Source of the DNA: Pirellulales bacterium
GTDB taxonomy: Bacteria; Planctomycetota; Planctomycetia; Pirellulales; PALSA-1355
DNA: 64,000 bases
Direction: 5' to 3'
NCBI GenBank assembly: GCA_963733035.1
Contig: CAVTBU010000005.1
Coordinates: forward strand, 2,656,001 to 2,720,000
How positions within the stretch are numbered: position 1 is the stretch's first letter; each line of letters opens with the position of its first letter. Below, in pieces: positions 60,157-64,000 of this stretch. The position numbers and the translations under genes were made by a program. Below the pieces are notes generated by a model. It had not been told where the DNA came from. It worked only from the letters and a program-made list of their open reading frames with translations, and made no database searches.

Positions 60157-61584
60157 CTATGCCCCGGGCAACTTGTAATCGCGCCACTCGAGCAACTCCG
60201 CGATGTCGTTCATCGTGATGTCGCGCTTGCTTGCCTCGGGCACGAGCGTTCGGCGTAGAATTGTGGCGAACGGTTCCGGCATGCCCGAGGCGTATTGTTC
60301 TGCGTCCAGCGTGTCAATCTGCCGGAGCACGTCGAGTAGGTTCTCTCCGCGAATGGCTTTTTCGCCCGAGAGCATTTCGTAGAGCATTAGCCCCAGCGAA
60401 AACACGTCGCTCTGCGGCGTTGCCGGTTCGCTGCGGGCTTGTTCGGGCGACATGTAGGCCGGCGTGCCCGAGAGCCCCGCCGGATCGACCGTTTCCCAAG
60501 AGCCAGTCTCCTGAACGGGCGAAGCCGTGGGCCGTCGCTGTGCGAGTCCGAAGTCCATGATCTTGGCCGTGCCATCGGCGGCGACCATGATGTTGGCCGG
60601 TTTCAAATCTCCGTGCACGACCCGCAGCGCCTGCGCGGCACCCATTCCCAGGGCGACTTGTCGGCCCACGCGACTCACCTCGTTGACGGGCAATTTGCCG
60701 GCCGACAGCACGTCCCCCAGCACCTTGCCGTTGATGTGTTCCATCACAATCATCGAAATACCATCGCTCTCGTCGACAGCGTGAATCGTGCAAACATTGG
60801 GATGGTTGATCGCAGCGGCCGCCCGAGCTTCGTCCAAAAACTTGCGCGGCGAGCCGACATGACCGGGTCGAAACACCTTGAGCGCCACGTTGCGTTCGAG
60901 CATCAGGTCGCGAGCCCGATAGACGACCCCGAACGTGCCGCTGCCAATCTCCTCTTCGATGCGATACTGACCGATCACGCTGTTGGGCCTGAGCAACCGC
61001 GTGGGGTCGAGCGTGGGCGTGTCACGGCTCCAACTTTCCGGGCACAGGCCACCCGTCTGTAAACCGTCGAGCACGCGCAACACTTCGTCGCTGCGTCGCC
61101 CAACGCTCAGATTGTGCACAACCTGGTACTGCAAGACCCCATTGGGATCGATGATGAACAGGCCCCGCAGCGCCACATGCTGCCGGGGCACGAGCACGCC
61201 GTAGGCCTGGCAAACCAGCCCACTCTCGTCGCTGGCCAGCGGGAAGGCCAAACCACCCAGGCCGCCCTGACTTCGCGGCGTGGTAATCCATTTCTGATGG
61301 CTGGCCACCGAATCGGTGCTAATGCCCAGGATGTCGCAATCGCGGCGGGCGAACTCGTCAAACTGCACGCTCAGAGCGGTCAATTCCGTGGGACAGACCA
61401 TCGAAAAGTCACGTGGATAGAACAGCAGCACGAGCCAGCGATCGCGGTAATCGTCCAACGACACCTCGCGCTCGGCCGCGTCGGGCCATGCCGTACAGGG
61501 CAGTCGGAAATCCGGCGCCCGCGAGCCGACACTGGCCGGCGCGGCCCTACGACTAACTGCCGAAGGTTTGGAAGGTGATGCCAT
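60157..61584 (-). CDS. Typical 2-Cys peroxiredoxin (AhpC/Prx1) fused to a Hanks-type Ser/Thr protein kinase
   Basis: Prx: FYPRDFSMVCPTE, GGLG, ALRGLFIIDP, VGR, LCPESW. Kinase: GSGTFG, VALK, HGDLKPAN, DFG, GTPAYMSPE, DVFSLG. Confidence 0.92.
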   Translation of the reverse strand: MASPSKPSAVSRRAAPASVGSRAPDFRLPCTAWPDAAEREVSLDDYRDRWLVLLFYPRDFSMVCPTELTALSVQFDEFARRDCDILGISTDSVASHQKWITTPRSQGGLGGLAFPLASDESGLVCQAYGVLVPRQHVALRGLFIIDPNGVLQYQVVHNLSVGRRSDEVLRVLDGLQTGGLCPESWSRDTPTLDPTRLLRPNSVIGQYRIEEEIGSGTFGVVYRARDLMLERNVALKVFRPGHVGSPRKFLDEARAAAAINHPNVCTIHAVDESDGISMIVMEHINGKVLGDVLSAGKLPVNEVSRVGRQVALGMGAAQALRVVHGDLKPANIMVAADGTAKIMDFGLAQRRPTASPVQETGSWETVDPAGLSGTPAYMSPEQARSEPATPQSDVFSLGLMLYEMLSGEKAIRGENLLDVLRQIDTLDAEQYASGMPEPFATILRRTLVPEASKRDITMNDIAELLEWRDYKLPGA

Positions 61585-61627
61585 GATTGCTATTCTAGAG
61601 GTGTCCCTCAGTCGTCGTCCATTCCTG

Positions 61628-62080
61628 ATGAATGACCGTATGGATGCGTCCCCGGTTCACGCCGAGCCCAGCCAAACCGACCTGGAACATCTCCAGCTTC
61701 TGGGGATCTTTCATTACATCGTCGGCGGCATGATGATGCTGTTCTCGTGCTTCTTTATCATTCATTTGGTGATGGGCCTGGTACTTGCATTCAACCCGCA
61801 GGGTTTTGGGCCCCATCGGCACGACCTGCGTGAGATGCAGATGGAAATGTTTTTCGGGCTTCTCATGGCGGGCTTTGCGGCGAGCGCCATCCTGGCGGGC
61901 TGGACGTTGGGCGGCTTAATGATTTACTCCGGGACGTGCCTGCGCAAGCATCGGCGGCGCATGTTTAGCCAAATCATGGCCGGCATCGTCTGCATGTTCA
62001 TGCCGTTTGGCACGGTCCTGGGCGTGTTTACGATTGTCGTCCTGCAGCGCGACTCCGTGCGACGGCTCTATGGCCGGTAG
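61628..62080 (+). CDS. Hypothetical membrane protein
   Basis: DLEHLQLLGIFHYI, several TM segments, MPFGTVLGVFTIVVL. Confidence 0.75.
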   Translation: MNDRMDASPVHAEPSQTDLEHLQLLGIFHYIVGGMMMLFSCFFIIHLVMGLVLAFNPQGFGPHRHDLREMQMEMFFGLLMAGFAASAILAGWTLGGLMIYSGTCLRKHRRRMFSQIMAGIVCMFMPFGTVLGVFTIVVLQRDSVRRLYGR

Positions 62081-62183
62081 CCGCATCAAAAACTTGCATT
62101 CGCGCGTTCGGCAGAGTTGAATGGGGCGGTACGGCTTTCCCGCCAATTTGCTCTCCCTGCCTTCCCTGGAGCACACCGCCGTG

Positions 62184-63533
62184 ATGTACGAACCTGCCCC
62201 TTCCAATCGCCGTGAGTTCCTTGTCCGCCTGGCCGGCGGTACCTGTGGCGCAACGCTACTAGCGATCAGTGGCCGCAACGCCTGGGGCGCCGACAACCAT
62301 CAGCCGCTCAAAGTCGCGGCGGTCATGACGGCGTTCCATCACCGCAGCCATGCCCACGTGATCCTCGAAAACTTTCTGGAACCGTACCTCTTCAACGGTC
62401 AGGTTACGCAGCCGGGAATGGAAGTGGCCAGCTTCTACGTCGACCAGTTCCCGCCGAACGACATGTCGCGCGACGTGGCCAGGCAATTTGACATTCCGAT
62501 CTATCCCACGATTGCCGAAGCGGTCTGCCTGGGCGGCGATAAGCTGGCAGTCGACGCCGTCCTGTGTATCGGCGAACACGGTGAGTATCCCGTCAATGCG
62601 AAAGGTCAGCGTGAGTACCCGCGCAAACAGTTTTTCGATCAGGTTGTCGCGGTGTTCAAAAAGAGCGGTCGTTCGGTGCCGGTGTTCAACGACAAGCATC
62701 TTTCTTATCGCTGGGATTGGGCCAAGGAGATGGTCGACACCTCGCGCTCGATGGGCTTTCCGCTGATGGCCGGCAGTTCGGTTCCGCTGGCCCAACGCCG
62801 GCCGCCGCTCGAGCTGCCAAAGGACGCCAAGATCGTCGAGGCCGTCTCCATCCATGGAGGCGGCGTCGAAAGCTACGACTTCCATGCCCTGGAAGTCCTG
62901 CAATCGCAGGTCGAAGCGCGCGCCGGCGGCGAGTCGGGGGTGGCCCAAGTGCAGTTTCTCGAAGGCGACTCGCTCTGGAAAGCCGCCACCGATGGCGTGT
63001 GGTCGCCCGACGTCGCCGCCGCGGCCATGGCGGCGGAGGTCGGTGCTGACGATCCAATGACCAAGTATCTGGCTTCCTCGGGCAAGGAAGTTATCGGAGA
63101 AGCTCCGCCCGTGCATGCGATAGCCGTGCACTATCGCGACGGGCTGCGCGGCCTGGCGCTTAAGGTGGGCAACAGCGGCACGCGCTGGAACTTCGCCGCC
63201 AGGCTTGCCGGTCAGCCTGAGCCAGTGGCGACGGCGTACTACGTCGGCCCCTGGCAAAACCGCAACCTGTTCAAGGCTCTTTCGCACGCGATCCAGACCC
63301 ACTTTCGCGAGAAGAAGGCACCCTATCCCGTCGAGCGGACCCTGCTCACCAGCGGTATCCTCGACGCGGCCATGGATTCGCGCGTCGCGGCGGGGAAACT
63401 GCTCGATACGCCGCAGCTTGACGTCGCCTACGCTCCGCAGGATTTCCGCGCCATGCGCGAGATGGGCGCCAGTTGGAAGATCATTACCGAAGACATGCCC
63501 GAGCCTGAGGGCATCAAACCCGTGGGCGTTTGA
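62184..63533 (+). CDS. Tat-exported hypothetical protein (possibly Gfo/Idh/MocA-like oxidoreductase fold)
   Basis: SNRREFL Tat motif, VDAVLCIGEHG, PVFNDKHLS, LMAGSS, YDFHALE. Confidence 0.7.
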   Translation: MYEPAPSNRREFLVRLAGGTCGATLLAISGRNAWGADNHQPLKVAAVMTAFHHRSHAHVILENFLEPYLFNGQVTQPGMEVASFYVDQFPPNDMSRDVARQFDIPIYPTIAEAVCLGGDKLAVDAVLCIGEHGEYPVNAKGQREYPRKQFFDQVVAVFKKSGRSVPVFNDKHLSYRWDWAKEMVDTSRSMGFPLMAGSSVPLAQRRPPLELPKDAKIVEAVSIHGGGVESYDFHALEVLQSQVEARAGGESGVAQVQFLEGDSLWKAATDGVWSPDVAAAAMAAEVGADDPMTKYLASSGKEVIGEAPPVHAIAVHYRDGLRGLALKVGNSGTRWNFAARLAGQPEPVATAYYVGPWQNRNLFKALSHAIQTHFREKKAPYPVERTLLTSGILDAAMDSRVAAGKLLDTPQLDVAYAPQDFRAMREMGASWKIITEDMPEPEGIKPVGV

Positions 63534-63576
63534 TTCGATTGTCAGCCGGCTTGCGGTTGGACCTCCGATCGACGAT

Positions 63577-64000
63577 CTAGCTTTCCACGAGCCCTAAGTC
63601 CTCATACATCGCCGTCAGAAACTTGCGCATGCGGGCGTTGTGTTTTGGTTCGCCGGGCATGCCGTTGAAAACAATCGCGGCGACGAGTTCGTGGGCCGGG
63701 TCGCAAAATCCGACGGATGATTGCGCGCCGCCGTGGCCAAAGGCGCGCTCGGACGAATGGTGTCCATATCCATAGGGGACCGTGTCGGCGCCATAGCGAT
63801 TGGAGTCGATGATCAGGCCCAGGCCCCAGTCCATTTTGTGCCGGAACGTTTCGTCGAACATGCCCTCGCGTTGCCGCGCGGTCATCTGACGAACACTTTC
63901 GGCCGACAGGATGCGCACGCCGCCCCACGTGCCGCCGGCGGCCAGCATGTGGTAGAAGCGCCCCAAGTCGTGCATCGGACCGTAGGCATTTCCACCGGGA
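63577..64000 (-). CDS. Serine hydrolase (beta-lactamase/EstA-like), C-terminal part (5' end outside window)
   Basis: PGGNAYG..DLGRFY, WGLG, FGHGG, FCDP. Confidence 0.82.
   Translation of the reverse strand, partial: PGGNAYGPMHDLGRFYHMLAAGGTWGGVRILSAESVRQMTARQREGMFDETFRHKMDWGLGLIIDSNRYGADTVPYGYGHHSSERAFGHGGAQSSVGFCDPAHELVAAIVFNGMPGEPKHNARMRKFLTAMYEDLGLVES

Noticed and set aside
1..64000. CRISPR arrays, IS elements, integrases, rRNA genes
   Set aside because: I saw no regularly spaced repeats, transposase or recombinase motifs, or rRNA-like sequence.

Overview
A GC-rich bacterial chromosomal window, almost certainly from Planctomycetota (Pirellulales-like). The lineage call rests on two DUF1501 proteins, a TIGR03067-like protein, a planctomycete cytochrome c domain, a giant PVC-type CxxCH membrane-dehydrogenase-like protein and a PheT lacking the B2 domain. 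It holds about 50 CDS. Housekeeping genes are rlmN, modABC, pyrE, rpmI-rplT-pheS-pheT, rarA and rlhA-rdgB-rlmL-like; there are also many hydrolases, a sulfatase and transporters. Two convergent tRNAs (Leu-TAA, Arg-TCG) bracket an accessory region. That region includes a ~2.2 kb integrase-less islet bounded by a perfect 34-bp duplication of the tRNA-Arg 3' end. The most striking item is a cytoplasmic fusion of a typical 2-Cys peroxiredoxin with a Hanks-type Ser/Thr kinase (60157-61584), a candidate peroxide-sensing kinase. Other notable items are a DbpA-type RNA-binding domain fused to a Upf1/IGHMBP2-like helicase, a LysM L,D-transpeptidase with Trp in place of the catalytic Cys, a ModA-ModB fusion and two structured non-coding regions (6373-6581 and the rpmI-rplT spacer). 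About ten frameshifts, including in the essential rplT and pheS, all fall on GCGC, which points to systematic (possibly methylation-linked) sequencing error rather than gene decay. All family calls come from motif recognition by eye; no database searches were run.
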